Source of the DNA: Spirochaetales bacterium
Lineage (GTDB): Bacteria; Spirochaetota; Spirochaetia; JABEVK01
Reading direction: 5' to 3'
Assembly (NCBI GenBank): GCA_037142615.1
Contig: JBAXAI010000004.1
Coordinates: forward strand, 96,001 to 160,000
DNA length: 64,000 bases
Part shown: piece after piece, positions 11,337 through 21,849 of the stretch
How positions within the stretch are numbered: position 1 is the stretch's first letter
Layout: every line of letters begins with the position of its first letter
Position numbers and translations under genes: made by a program
The notes under the pieces: generated by a model
Databases searched by the model: none
What the model was told of the DNA's origin: nothing
What the model saw: the letters and a program-made list of their open reading frames with translations, nothing else

Positions 11337-13979
11337 ATGAAAAAGTCGGATTTCCTCAAGACCCTGCGCCTCGGAACGCAGGAATACAGTTTCTACGACA
11401 TCACGGTTTTGGGACGGGCCAAGGTACTCCGAATGCCTTTTTCCCTGCGCATTCTGCTCGAGAACGCCTTGCGGAAGTCGGGGTTGTCGGTTGATATGGG
11501 CCTGGTCGAGGCGCTGCTGGCCGCAGGCAGAGCGACCTCCGGTGCCGAGATACCGTTTTACCCCGCGCGGGTGCTGATGCAGGACTTCACTGGCGTTCCC
11601 GCTGTCGTCGACTTGGCCGCCATGCGCGACGCTGTCGCCGCTGCAGGCCAGGACCCGCAAAAAATCAACCCGCTGGTACCGGTTGACCTTGTGATCGACC
11701 ACTCGGTGCAGGTCGATGTTGCAGGATTGCCAACCGCGCTGGCCAAGAACGTCGAAAAAGAGTACGAGCGCAACCAGGAGCGTTACACCTTTCTCAAGTG
11801 GGCCCAGAAGGCTTTCCGTAACTTCCGTGTGGTTCCGCCCAACAGCGGCATCTGCCACCAGGTCAACCTGGAGTTCTTGGCCTCGGTGGTGACCGAAAGC
11901 CCCGACGAGGTGGGACTTTTGCACCCCGACACCGTGGTGGGCACCGACAGTCACACCACCATGATCAACGGTTTGGGAGTCTTGGGCTGGGGTGTTGGCG
12001 GCATCGAGGCCGAAGCCGTTATGCTGGGGCAACCTTACTTCATGACGATCCCCGACGTGATCGGCCTCAAGCTTCACGGTAGGCTGAACCCGGGCACCAC
12101 CGCCACCGACCTCGTCCTCACCGTCACCGAGCGCCTGCGCAAGTTCGGCGTGGTCGACAAGTTCGTCGAGTTTTTTGGCCCCGGCCTCAAGAACCTCTCG
12201 TTGCCTGACCGTGCGACCATCGCGAACATGAGCCCCGAGTACGGCGCGACCATGGGGTACTTTCCGGTCGACGAGGTGACCATCGACTTTCTTCGTTTTA
12301 CCGGCCGCGACAAAGAAGCCGACCTCGCCGAGGCCTACACTCGGGCCAATGAGCTTTTCATGACCGGTGAAGCGGTCCCGGACTACCGGGTGGTGCTCGA
12401 GATCGATCTCGACGAGATCGTTCCTTCGCTGGCCGGACCCAGCAGACCACAGGACCGTGTCAAACTGGGCGAAACGGGCCTCGCGCTCGCCAAAGTCTTG
12501 GCCCCCGAAGCCAAGGACCGGGAGCCAGTCCTGATCGAACTAGCCGGCAAGACCCTTGAATTGAAGGACGGCGCGGTGGCCATCGCGTCGATCACCAGCT
12601 GCACCAACACCGCCAACCCGGCGCTGATGCTCGGCAGTGCCCTGCTGGCACACAAAGCGGTACAATTCGGACTCACGGTGCCCGCATGGGTCAAAACCTC
12701 GCTGGCCCCCGGGTCCCGTGCCGTGCAGGACTATCTCGAGGCCTCGGGCCTGCTGACTTCGCTCGAAGCCCTTGGGTTCCACATCGCGGCCTTTGGTTGC
12801 GTCACCTGCATCGGCAATTCCGGGCCCTTGCACCCTGCCATCGAGAAGGCACAGACCGACCACAACCTCACTTTGGCTTCGGTGATCTCTGGCAACCGTA
12901 ACTTTGAGGGGCGCATCCATCCCAACGTGAAAGCCTCGTTCTTGGCCTCGCCACTGCTGGTAGTGGCCTTCGCGCTCGCCGGACGGGTCGATATCGACCT
13001 CACGACCCAGCCGATTGGCACAGCCAAGGACGGCCACGAAGTCTTCCTCAAGGACCTTTGGCCGACCGACAGTGAAGTTCAGGCGTTGGTTAGGCAGTTT
13101 GTTACCAGGGAAGCGTTTGTCCGTCGCTACAAAACCATCTTTGACGGCGATACCTCGTGGAAGAACCTCAGCGTACCCACGTCGGCTACCTATCAGTGGG
13201 ACCCCGCTTCGACCTACATTGCCTGCCCGCCGTACTTCCAGAGCTTTCAGTCCGAGGCGACCAAGCCCACCGACCTGAAGAGTGCGCGTTGTCTGCTCGT
13301 GCTGGGCGACAGCATCACCACTGACCACATTTCGCCGGCCGGGAACATCCGCGCCGGGTACCCGGCCGGCCAGTACCTTTTGGCCCACGGCGTGACGCAG
13401 CCCGACTTCAACAGCTACGGCGCGCGGCGTGGGCACCACGAGGTCATGATGCGCGGCACCTTTGCCAACATCCGGCTCAAGAACAAGCTGGTGGAGCCCA
13501 AGGAAGGATCGCTCACCCTGAAGTTTCCCGAGGAAACCGAGCAGTACGTGTACGACGCGTCAATGGCCTATCAAGCCGAGGGTCGGGCCTTGGTGGTGTT
13601 GGGAGGCAAGGAATACGGCACCGGTTCGAGCCGCGACTGGGCTGCAAAGGGTACCTCACTCTTAGGCGTCCGCGTGGTGATCGCCCAAAGCTTCGAGCGC
13701 ATCCACCGGTCGAACCTTGTCGGTATGGGCGTCTTGCCGCTGGTGTTCCTGGAGGGCCAAAACGCGCAGAATCTCGGCCTCACCGGGCGCGAGACCTTTT
13801 CGATTTCGGGCATTGGCCAACTCTCGCCTGGGAGTACCGTGACGATCGAGGCCACCGATGAAAAGGGCTTGGTGCGCAGTTTTCACACCAAATGCAGGCT
13901 CGACACCGAGATCGACGTCGAGTACTACCAGCACGCGGGGATTCTGCCCTTCGTGCTGCGCAAGATTATGGACGCTTGA
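11337..13979 (+). CDS. acnA: Aconitate hydratase AcnA
   Basis: ARVLMQDFTGVP, DHSVQVD, GTDSHT, ITSCTNT, GCVTCIGNSG, TTDHISPAG, GSSRDWAAKG. Confidence 0.97.
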   Translation: MKKSDFLKTLRLGTQEYSFYDITVLGRAKVLRMPFSLRILLENALRKSGLSVDMGLVEALLAAGRATSGAEIPFYPARVLMQDFTGVPAVVDLAAMRDAVAAAGQDPQKINPLVPVDLVIDHSVQVDVAGLPTALAKNVEKEYERNQERYTFLKWAQKAFRNFRVVPPNSGICHQVNLEFLASVVTESPDEVGLLHPDTVVGTDSHTTMINGLGVLGWGVGGIEAEAVMLGQPYFMTIPDVIGLKLHGRLNPGTTATDLVLTVTERLRKFGVVDKFVEFFGPGLKNLSLPDRATIANMSPEYGATMGYFPVDEVTIDFLRFTGRDKEADLAEAYTRANELFMTGEAVPDYRVVLEIDLDEIVPSLAGPSRPQDRVKLGETGLALAKVLAPEAKDREPVLIELAGKTLELKDGAVAIASITSCTNTANPALMLGSALLAHKAVQFGLTVPAWVKTSLAPGSRAVQDYLEASGLLTSLEALGFHIAAFGCVTCIGNSGPLHPAIEKAQTDHNLTLASVISGNRNFEGRIHPNVKASFLASPLLVVAFALAGRVDIDLTTQPIGTAKDGHEVFLKDLWPTDSEVQALVRQFVTREAFVRRYKTIFDGDTSWKNLSVPTSATYQWDPASTYIACPPYFQSFQSEATKPTDLKSARCLLVLGDSITTDHISPAGNIRAGYPAGQYLLAHGVTQPDFNSYGARRGHHEVMMRGTFANIRLKNKLVEPKEGSLTLKFPEETEQYVYDASMAYQAEGRALVVLGGKEYGTGSSRDWAAKGTSLLGVRVVIAQSFERIHRSNLVGMGVLPLVFLEGQNAQNLGLTGRETFSISGIGQLSPGSTVTIEATDEKGLVRSFHTKCRLDTEIDVEYYQHAGILPFVLRKIMDA

Positions 13980-14421
13980 GCCCGTCTTCCAGCACGCGGC
14001 AAAAGGTTTCGAGCCCCGCCTGGTCGTGCTCCGAGAAGCGGGCGAGACGGGGGCTGTCGAGGTCGAGCACGCCCCACACGACACCGCTGTCAAACAGCGG
14101 TATCACGAGTTCCGACAGGCTGGCCGAATCGCAGGCGATGTGCCCCGGGAAGGTGTGCACGTCATCGACCCGCACACTTTCGCCGCGCCGCCACGACGAA
14201 CCGCAAACCCCCTTGCCGTAGGGCAGTCGGATGCAGGCCGGCAACCCTTGGAAGGGACCGAGCACCAGCTGGTCGCCCTTCACCAGGTAGAACCCCACCC
14301 AGTTGAGCCCCTCGACCTCGGAGTTCAGCAGCGCCGCCGCGTTGGCGAGGTTGGCGATCAGGTCAGGCTCCCCCTCAATCAGCGAGGCAAGTTGGGCGGT
14401 CAGAAGCGCATAGTCGGTCAC
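13966..14421 (-). CDS. msrC: GAF-domain free methionine-(R)-sulfoxide reductase
   Basis: NWVGFY, LGPFQG.PAC.R, GVCG, GHIACD, DLDS motifs with three Cys. Confidence 0.85.
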   Translation of the reverse strand: MTDYALLTAQLASLIEGEPDLIANLANAAALLNSEVEGLNWVGFYLVKGDQLVLGPFQGLPACIRLPYGKGVCGSSWRRGESVRVDDVHTFPGHIACDSASLSELVIPLFDSGVVWGVLDLDSPRLARFSEHDQAGLETFCRVLEDGLKRP

Positions 14422-16070
14422 TGCAGTGACTTCCTCTTGGCCTCAAGCGAACTCTGGATGGTCTCGAGATTTTCGCTGAGTGTGTTGACATGTTGCAGGT
14501 TGCTGTTGCCGATGGCCTGCAGCTGGCCGACGCTCTCGGCGATCACCGCTGCGACCTCGCGCAGGGTCTGGACGCCTTCCCTCAGGACGCCGGTGCTTTT
14601 TTCAATCTGACCCACGTTTGAGCGGTTTCCCTGCACGGCCTCATGCACACGGATGGCCGACTCGCGCACTTCCTGCGTGCCGTCGCGCATTACGACCACG
14701 GTCTGCAGGATGTGGCTGTTCCCAATGGCAAGTTCTTCCATCCCTTCCAACTGCTCACTGAGCAGAGTCTGAATGTCGCGGAAGGCCTGTACCATGCTCT
14801 GGATCAGCTGCACCGAGCTCTGCGACGCCGAGGCGGCCACCTCGACGTGCTCGCGGTTCTTGTCGAGCGTCTGGCGGATGGCCTTGCTGTTGTTCCCGGT
14901 TTCTTCGGCCAACTTCCGGATTTCAGCCGCGACCACGGCGAACCCACGACCCGAATTGCCCGCGTGGGCCGCTTCGATGGACGCGTTCATGGCCAAAAGG
15001 TTGGTCCTGCTCGCAATGTCCTCGATGACCGCCACCACCTGCAGTACGTCGCCAGCCGTCTTTTGCATGTTGCTGAAGGAACTGCTCAGCTGCTTCATGC
15101 GAAGCTCGCCCTGCTCGGCCTGAGTCCCGAGCGCCCGAAGCGACTCGGTCTTGCTCCGGGCCATGGCCGTGATGGACTGCACGTTGGCGGTGATTTGCTC
15201 GAGCGCGGCGCTGGTCAGCTGGATGGCGCTGATCTGGGCCTCCATGCGCGACTGCAACAGAATCTGGATCTGGTCGAGATCCTCCGAGGTCGCCGCCGAG
15301 GCACGGGCCTGGTCCTGCAGCGTGTCAGCCTGCCGGTTGAGTACATGCAGTTCGGTGTCGATGCTCTCGACGGTCTGCGATAGGTTCGTGGCGGCCACGT
15401 CCATCTCGTGGCTGATCTTCTTGCCGTCCTGCGTGCGCTCGAAGGCACTCGAAATCTCGCGGAAGCCTTCGTCACTGATGTCTTGCGAGCGCTTCGACGT
15501 GTCGAGCATCTTCGTCTGCTGGATGAGGTTGAGCACCGACAACATAGCCGTGAGCAGAAACAGGATAGTGATCGACACTGGGTCGCCATTCTTGTTGAGT
15601 TCGGTCAGGGTCTTGGCCAACTGCGTCGCGTCGGGAGGCATCACTTGGAGCAGCCCGATGGTCGCAATGCCGCCGAGGCCCATCACGATGGACTGCCACC
15701 GTGAGTAGCCGAAGAAGGTCGTCATCGTGAGCGTCAACGAGAACAACGCCATGGTTCGCACCACGTCGTCCTCGGCCGAGCCCGAGCGTGTGATCAGAAC
15801 TCCTGCTCCAGCCGCCAGAATGAGAACGCCCAGCGCCATGTTTGCTGCGGCTTGGTAGCGTCCAGTGCGCAAGAGCAGGAGCGCCGAGATCAGGAAGGCC
15901 GACACGACCGCCGCCATGAGAGGGACCTTCCAGGAGTTCTGCAGGAAGGTGGATACCCCCAGCGCAAGCATGCCCAGCACGAACGCGACGAGCACCCAGA
16001 AGAGGTTGGCTGCCCGCGTCCGGCGTATCAGGTCTTGCGTGAGGTAGGGCTTCAGGAACGAATTGGCCAT
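14418..16070 (-). CDS. Methyl-accepting chemotaxis protein with multi-TM N-terminus
   Basis: [36 protein letters not shown] hairpin tip; about 6 hydrophobic segments. Confidence 0.93.
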   Translation of the reverse strand: MANSFLKPYLTQDLIRRTRAANLFWVLVAFVLGMLALGVSTFLQNSWKVPLMAAVVSAFLISALLLLRTGRYQAAANMALGVLILAAGAGVLITRSGSAEDDVVRTMALFSLTLTMTTFFGYSRWQSIVMGLGGIATIGLLQVMPPDATQLAKTLTELNKNGDPVSITILFLLTAMLSVLNLIQQTKMLDTSKRSQDISDEGFREISSAFERTQDGKKISHEMDVAATNLSQTVESIDTELHVLNRQADTLQDQARASAATSEDLDQIQILLQSRMEAQISAIQLTSAALEQITANVQSITAMARSKTESLRALGTQAEQGELRMKQLSSSFSNMQKTAGDVLQVVAVIEDIASRTNLLAMNASIEAAHAGNSGRGFAVVAAEIRKLAEETGNNSKAIRQTLDKNREHVEVAASASQSSVQLIQSMVQAFRDIQTLLSEQLEGMEELAIGNSHILQTVVVMRDGTQEVRESAIRVHEAVQGNRSNVGQIEKSTGVLREGVQTLREVAAVIAESVGQLQAIGNSNLQHVNTLSENLETIQSSLEAKRKSLQ

Positions 16071-16112
16071 GTTCTGCCTCCGGAACGTCTATACTACGGC
16101 ATCCCAGCGCCC

Positions 16113-16141
16113 TTGACCACCAAGTCCGTGCGGAATATCAT
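16113..16141 (+). promoter_or_regulatory. Sigma70-type promoter for the thrS leader
   Basis: TTGACC-17bp-TATCAT immediately before the T-box. Confidence 0.7.
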
Positions 16142-16146
16142 GAACC

Positions 16147-16412
16147 ACTGCTTTGACGGAGACGAGTACGCGTCCACGGTTCCCGAGAGAGACCCCCCCC
16201 GGCTGAAAGGGGGTTGTTCACGGGGCGCCCAAAACCCCTCCCGAGCCGAACCCCCAACGGAAGCTTGCTTCCCAGTAGACGGTTCCGACAGTCCCTCGAC
16301 AGCGGACGAAGAGCGCACCCGGCGTCGCGCCGGCGTGAACCGAGGTGGTACCGCGACCTACTTTGTGGGTCGTCCTTGGAAGTTCTGGGCTGTTGCAGCC
16401 CGCCCAAGGAGG
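16147..16412 (+). ncRNA. T-box riboswitch (Thr specifier), translational type
   Basis: Stem I with AGUA, AGAGAG and GGCUGAAA motifs; specifier ACC (16234-16236); T-box AGGTGGTACCGCG (16343-16355); TCCTTGG (16373-79) can pair with CCAAGGA overlapping the SD; no U-tract. Confidence 0.9.
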
Positions 16413-16417
16413 CCGTT

Positions 16418-18190
16418 ATGGCCGTTACCTCCGTCGCCCAAGCCCGCCTGAACGAAGACGAACTGTTGTACAAAAAACGCCACTCGCTCGCCCACGTGAT
16501 GGCCGAGGCCGTGCTCGAGCTTATCCCCGAAGCCCAGATTGCCATCGGCCCCCCCGTCGACAACGGGTTCTACTACGACTTCGAACTGCCCCGCAGCCTC
16601 AAAGAGGAAGACCTCGCCGGCATCGAGGCGAAAATGCGGGAAATTCTCGCCAGCAAGGCCAGTTTTGACAAACAGATCGTGAGCAAGACGGCGGCCGGCG
16701 ACGTTTTTTCCGGCCAGAAGTACAAGCTTGCCATCCTGAACGATCTGCCCGACAACGAGGAGATCAGCCTGTATCGCAGCCACGGGTTCATCGACCTGTG
16801 TCGCGGGCCCCATGTCGATACCATGTCCCAACTCGATCCCAGCAGTTTTCAGCTTACCCGCATCGCCGGAGCCTATTGGAAGGGCGACGAGCGCAACGCC
16901 CAGTTACAGCGCGTGTACGCCTTGGCCTTCCACGATCACGCCGGCCTCGAAGCGCATTTGGCCTTCTTGGCCGAAGCCGAAAAACGCGATCACCGGCGCC
17001 TGGGCACCGAGCTCGACCTGTTCCACCTCGACTCCGAAAACCCCGGACAGATTTTTTGGCACCCCAACGGCTGGAGCATTTGGCGGGTGATCGAAGACTA
17101 CGTGCGCGGTAAGGTTCGCACCGCCGGCTACAAAGAGGTGAAGACCCCTTTCATCATGCCGCAGAGCCTCTGGGAACGCTCGGGCCATTGGGCCAAGTAC
17201 CGCGACGCGATGTTCGTCACCGAAAGTGAAAAACGACAGTTCGCGCTCAAACCCATGAACTGCCCCGGCCACGTCGAGATCTTCCGTCAAGGCCTGCGCA
17301 GCTACCGCGAATTGCCCCTTCGACTGGCCGAGTTTGGCAGTTGCACCCGTAACGAGGCTACCGGCGCGCTCCACGGCATCATGCGCATCCGCGGCTTCGT
17401 GCAGGACGACGCGCACATCTTCTGCACCGAAGACCAGATTGAAGCCGAAGTGAAAGACTTCTGCGACCTGCTCAGCGAGGTCTACAAAGACTTCGGTTTT
17501 GCCAAAGAGACCATCGAAGTCAAACTCTCGCTGCGCCCCGAGATGCGCCTGGGTGACGATGCGACCTGGGACCGCGCCGAGGCTGCCCTGGGCAACGCCT
17601 GCCGTGCCGCCGACTTTGAGTTTGTCGAAATGCCGGGGGAGGGCGCGTTCTACGGGCCGAAGCTCGAGTTCACCCTCATTGATGCGCTCGGCCGCGGTTG
17701 GCAGTGCGGCACCATTCAGCTTGACTACCAACTGCCTTCGGCTGACCGCCTCAACGCCACCTACATTGGCGAAGACGGCTCCAAGCACCACCCGGTGATG
17801 CTCCACCGCGCCATCCTTGGTTCGTTGGAGCGCTTCATCGGCATCCTCATCGAGAACTACGCCGGCGCCTTCCCCGTTTGGCTGAGCCCCGTGCAGGCCT
17901 GCGTGATCCCTGTCAGCGGCAAGTTCGCCGCGTACGCCGAAAAGGTGCGCGACACGCTGAATGCTGCCGGGTTCCGGGCCGAGGCCGACGTCAGCGACCA
18001 GAAGATGGGCGCCCGCATCCGCGATGCGCAGATGCGCAAGGTTCCGTACATGCTGGTGGTGGGGGGCAACGAAGAAACCGATGGCACCGTCAGCGTGCGC
18101 GACCGCACCGGAGTCCAGCACCCGGTGATGAAGTTGCCCGAGTTCGGCGACTGGCTGGGCGACCGCGTGACGCAGAAAGTGATGGTTTGA
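16418..18190 (+). CDS. thrS: Threonyl-tRNA synthetase (no N-terminal TGS domain)
   Basis: [51 protein letters not shown]. Confidence 0.98.
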   Translation: MAVTSVAQARLNEDELLYKKRHSLAHVMAEAVLELIPEAQIAIGPPVDNGFYYDFELPRSLKEEDLAGIEAKMREILASKASFDKQIVSKTAAGDVFSGQKYKLAILNDLPDNEEISLYRSHGFIDLCRGPHVDTMSQLDPSSFQLTRIAGAYWKGDERNAQLQRVYALAFHDHAGLEAHLAFLAEAEKRDHRRLGTELDLFHLDSENPGQIFWHPNGWSIWRVIEDYVRGKVRTAGYKEVKTPFIMPQSLWERSGHWAKYRDAMFVTESEKRQFALKPMNCPGHVEIFRQGLRSYRELPLRLAEFGSCTRNEATGALHGIMRIRGFVQDDAHIFCTEDQIEAEVKDFCDLLSEVYKDFGFAKETIEVKLSLRPEMRLGDDATWDRAEAALGNACRAADFEFVEMPGEGAFYGPKLEFTLIDALGRGWQCGTIQLDYQLPSADRLNATYIGEDGSKHHPVMLHRAILGSLERFIGILIENYAGAFPVWLSPVQACVIPVSGKFAAYAEKVRDTLNAAGFRAEADVSDQKMGARIRDAQMRKVPYMLVVGGNEETDGTVSVRDRTGVQHPVMKLPEFGDWLGDRVTQKVMV

Positions 18191-18261
18191 CGCCAGGAAC
18201 GCTTGACCTCGCGCCCTGCCATGCACACATTCCTGCTGAACCATTCCACCAAGGAGACCTC

Positions 18262-18690
18262 ATGTCGAATCCCGTTGCGGGCCCCAAGCCCCGAAAAAAC
18301 CTTCTGCCTCTTCACGGCTTTCTCTCGATCGCCCTGCTGACCGTCCAGTTCCTTCTTGGCGTCGGCACCACGTTGTTCTTCGAGTTTCCCGAAGCCGGAA
18401 GCCGTTGGGCCGCTGCTTCGGGCGGTTGGGCCGGTGCCCACGTGATCGCCGGAACTCTGCTCCTGCTGCTCGCCATCTGGGTGGTTGTTCTGGCGTTTCG
18501 GAGCAAGGCGGGTGTGTGGAAAGTGGCTTCGATCGTCGGTCTGGTTGGTATCGTCGCCGCCTGGTTGTTTGGCTACAGCTTTGTCGAAAAAGACAACGAC
18601 GTGGTGAGCTACCTGATGACCTGCAGCATGGGCTTGGCCTACCTGGCTTACGGCTACGGCCTGTGGAAAGGCGAGAACAGTCCGAGCTAG
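18262..18690 (+). CDS. Hypothetical four-TM membrane protein
   Basis: AAGGAG SD, 142 aa, four hydrophobic segments. Confidence 0.75.
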   Translation: MSNPVAGPKPRKNLLPLHGFLSIALLTVQFLLGVGTTLFFEFPEAGSRWAAASGGWAGAHVIAGTLLLLLAIWVVVLAFRSKAGVWKVASIVGLVGIVAAWLFGYSFVEKDNDVVSYLMTCSMGLAYLAYGYGLWKGENSPS

Positions 18691-18793
18691 GTGAAGATCT
18701 CATGAACGCCCGGTATTCCTGCCCGCGTTGAACTAGACTGATCTCCTAGGAGGCCAGACGATTCCCTTTTCGCGGTTCGCTCGTAGGCAGGTC

Positions 18794-20488
18794 TTGCTGG
18801 GTGTTCTCTGTTCCGGGCTCACTCTGCTTGTTCTCGCAGCGGATGTTTTGGCCCCCCGAGAGTTGTCCTTTTCTCTCTTTTATCTGGTGCCCATTCTGCT
18901 GGCGGGCTGGTACGGCAATCTGGGGCTGGGCTTGGCGTTTGCCTTGGGCGCTGCCCTGTTACGCAGCGCCTTCGACCTCCATGCAACCATGGCGGGGTCG
19001 ACGTGGCTCCAGGCTGGCTGGAGGTTTGGGTCCCACGCGTTGCTCCAGGGCCTCTTCGCGGTTCTGGTCAGCCAACTCAAAGCTCAGGTGTTGCGGGCAC
19101 ACCAGGCCAACCGGGCCAAGTCCATGTTTCTGGCCACCATGAGTCACGAGATCCGGACGCCTCTGAACTCCGTGCTCGCGCTCAGTGAGTTGCTGGATCA
19201 GAGCCCCCTCAACCCTCAGCAGAAGTCGTGGGTCGGGTTGTTCCGCAAAGAGGGGCAACACCTGCTCGCGCTCCTGAATGACCTCCTCGACTTCAGCAAG
19301 ATCGAGGCCAAGCGCTACAACGTTCGCATCGAGGAGTTCTCGCTTTCTGCTCTTCTGGAAGAAGTTCGATCCGTCATGGGGGTTCTTGCCGCCGAAAACG
19401 GTCTGGAACTTCGGGTGACCTTGGCACCGAACTTGCCGGTCAGGGTCTCCACCGACGCCCACGCGTTGCGCCGGGTGCTCTTCAACCTGGTCGGAAACGC
19501 CATCAAGTTCACTCCGTCCGGCTACGTGGCCCTGGAAGTCGAACTTCAGGGAGATCGTTTGTGCCTTCGGGTGGTCGACACCGGCAGCGGCATCCCGCCC
19601 GATCAGCTTGATTCGATCTTTGAGCCCTTTGTCCAGGCCGAGGATACCCGGAGCGTGAACATTGGCGGTACCGGCTTGGGGTTGAGCATTGTCCGCGAGC
19701 TGCTTGTCCTCTTGGGCGGCTCCATACAGGTCAGCAGTCGCGTGGGCGAAGGCAGTGCTTTCCAGATCCTGCTGCCGCTGCAGCGACTGAGTTCGCCGGA
19801 GGTTCCGTCGCGGGAGCCACCAAAGCCCGCCTCTGCCGCACCAACCGAGACGTTGAACCTCCTGATCGCTGACGACTATCCGCTGAACCGTCTGATCCTC
19901 AGGGAGTTCCTGAAGGAACTGCCGTGCCGGGTCACCGAAGTGGAAGACGGCGAACAGGCCGTCCAGGCCGTCAAGAGCCAGACTTTCTCACTTGTGCTGC
20001 TTGACCTGAAAATGCCCGTCTTGGATGGGGCGGGTGCCGTAAGAGCGATCCGTTCCTGGGAGAAGAAGGCGGGTAAGCCCCCGGTACCCATTGTGGCCCT
20101 GACGGCCCAAAGTTTCGACGACGATGTTGAACGTTCACTCGCGGCGGGTTTTCAGGCCCACGTCGCCAAACCTATTGACCGAGCCACGCTGCTGGCCACC
20201 GTGCTCCGGTGGGCCCGGCCGGCCCGTGACCGTCTGACCGCCCGCTACCTTGCCGATGTCCGGAGTTTTCAGGCCCAAGCGGTGACCGCACTCGAAGTAG
20301 GTGACGTTGTCGCGCTCGAGAGCCTCGGCCACCGCCTCAAGGGTACAGGCGGGAGCTTCGGGTTCCCCGAACTCACCGAGATAGGCGCGGACCTTGAAAC
20401 GGCCGCCCAGGGTCCCCTCGAGCTCCTTCGGGCTGCGGTGGAAAAACTGATGTCCTTCAACGCTGGCCAGGAGGCCCCCCATGACTAG
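18794..20488 (+). CDS. Hybrid sensor histidine kinase (TM-HisKA-HATPase-REC-HPt); true start uncertain
   Basis: SHEIRTPL, NLVGNAIKFT, DTGSGI, GTGLGL, REC LDLKMP, HPt HRLKG. Confidence 0.93.
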   Translation: MLGVLCSGLTLLVLAADVLAPRELSFSLFYLVPILLAGWYGNLGLGLAFALGAALLRSAFDLHATMAGSTWLQAGWRFGSHALLQGLFAVLVSQLKAQVLRAHQANRAKSMFLATMSHEIRTPLNSVLALSELLDQSPLNPQQKSWVGLFRKEGQHLLALLNDLLDFSKIEAKRYNVRIEEFSLSALLEEVRSVMGVLAAENGLELRVTLAPNLPVRVSTDAHALRRVLFNLVGNAIKFTPSGYVALEVELQGDRLCLRVVDTGSGIPPDQLDSIFEPFVQAEDTRSVNIGGTGLGLSIVRELLVLLGGSIQVSSRVGEGSAFQILLPLQRLSSPEVPSREPPKPASAAPTETLNLLIADDYPLNRLILREFLKELPCRVTEVEDGEQAVQAVKSQTFSLVLLDLKMPVLDGAGAVRAIRSWEKKAGKPPVPIVALTAQSFDDDVERSLAAGFQAHVAKPIDRATLLATVLRWARPARDRLTARYLADVRSFQAQAVTALEVGDVVALESLGHRLKGTGGSFGFPELTEIGADLETAAQGPLELLRAAVEKLMSFNAGQEAPHD

Positions 20489-21815
20489 TACCACGCCCCC
20501 CAAGAAGATCCTCATCGCCGAAGACGTTGAGTCGCTGGCCAACCTGATGAGGTTTCTGTTGGAAGAAGAGGGGTTCACGGTCGAGACAGTCCCTGACGGG
20601 GAGGCCTGCCTGCTCGTTCTGGGCACTTTCAAGCCCGATCTGCTGCTGCTCGATATCATGATGCCCAAAGTTCACGGGCTCGAGATCATCCGTATCGTCA
20701 AGGCCTTTCATCAGACAAGGAACATCGGCGTCATCGTTTGTACCGCCAAAGACTACAAGACCGACCGTGACCGCATCGAGGCCCTTGGAGTTTCCAGCTT
20801 CATCAGCAAGCCGTTTGAGCCTCGGGCGTTCGTCGAGGTCGTCCGGAATTTCTTCTCCCCCGATCGGGTGACCGAGCCTCACGCCGAAGTTCTCCGGCAA
20901 CCCCTCAATCGGGCGACGTACCAACCCCAGATCGATCGGGTGAAGTCCCGGATCACCCTGTGGGGAACCCGCGGTTCCACGCCGGTTTCGCACCCCCGCT
21001 ACATCAAACACGGCGGCAATACCCCGTGCCTTTCGGTTCAGGCCGGCGACGCGATGATCATCCTGGACGCCGGTACTGGCATCCGCGAGCTCGGGCAATG
21101 GTTGTTGAAGTCACCGGTGCGCAAAGTGCATCTGTTCATTGGCCACACCCATTGGGACCACATTCAGGGGTTCCCGTTCTTCGCTCCGGCCTTCGATCCT
21201 GGTTTTGAACTGCACATCTACGGTGCCGCAGGGTTCGGCAAAAACCTCAAGTCGGTCTTTCAGGGACAACTGGACCAAGACTACTTCCCGGTTCAACTCG
21301 AGGACATGCGGGCGAAGATGGAGTTCCATGTCCTCAAGGATACTTCCGTCAAGATTGGTGGGCTCGAGGTTCACTGGGAGTTTGTGAACCATCCCGGCGC
21401 AGCCGTGGGCTTCAAACTGGTTTCCGGCAACCGCAGTTTGGCCTACATCACCGACAACGAGTTCCTTGAGGGCTTCACCGGCTCGCCCGTCGGCCTGACT
21501 CGCAACCACCCCTCCGTATTGCCGTATCGCCCCATCATCGACTTTGTCACCGGCGTCGATCTCCTGATTCACGAGGCGCAGTACACTCCCGCAGACTATC
21601 CCGCCAAGATCACCTGGGGCCACTCGTCGTTGTCGAATGCGGCCCTCCTGGCCCATCTGGGCGAGGTGAAGCAATGGATCATCACCCACCACGACCCTTC
21701 CTACGACGACGTCGCTCTCGACGAGAACCTCTTGCTGACCCGGCAAATTCTCGACGAGCTTGGGTCCTCGCTCCCCGTGTCCCACGCCTACGACGGCCTC
21801 GACCTGCTGTTGTAG
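20481..21815 (+). CDS. Response regulator: REC fused to an MBL-fold metallohydrolase
   Basis: REC AED...LDIMMP...KP; WGTRGS.P, GGNT.C, LDAGTG, HTHWDH, TDNE, WGHS, THHDP. Confidence 0.9.
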   Translation: MTSTTPPKKILIAEDVESLANLMRFLLEEEGFTVETVPDGEACLLVLGTFKPDLLLLDIMMPKVHGLEIIRIVKAFHQTRNIGVIVCTAKDYKTDRDRIEALGVSSFISKPFEPRAFVEVVRNFFSPDRVTEPHAEVLRQPLNRATYQPQIDRVKSRITLWGTRGSTPVSHPRYIKHGGNTPCLSVQAGDAMIILDAGTGIRELGQWLLKSPVRKVHLFIGHTHWDHIQGFPFFAPAFDPGFELHIYGAAGFGKNLKSVFQGQLDQDYFPVQLEDMRAKMEFHVLKDTSVKIGGLEVHWEFVNHPGAAVGFKLVSGNRSLAYITDNEFLEGFTGSPVGLTRNHPSVLPYRPIIDFVTGVDLLIHEAQYTPADYPAKITWGHSSLSNAALLAHLGEVKQWIITHHDPSYDDVALDENLLLTRQILDELGSSLPVSHAYDGLDLLL

Positions 21816-21849
21816 TGCCCAACGTGCGCATTTTTGCTATACCTCTGGC

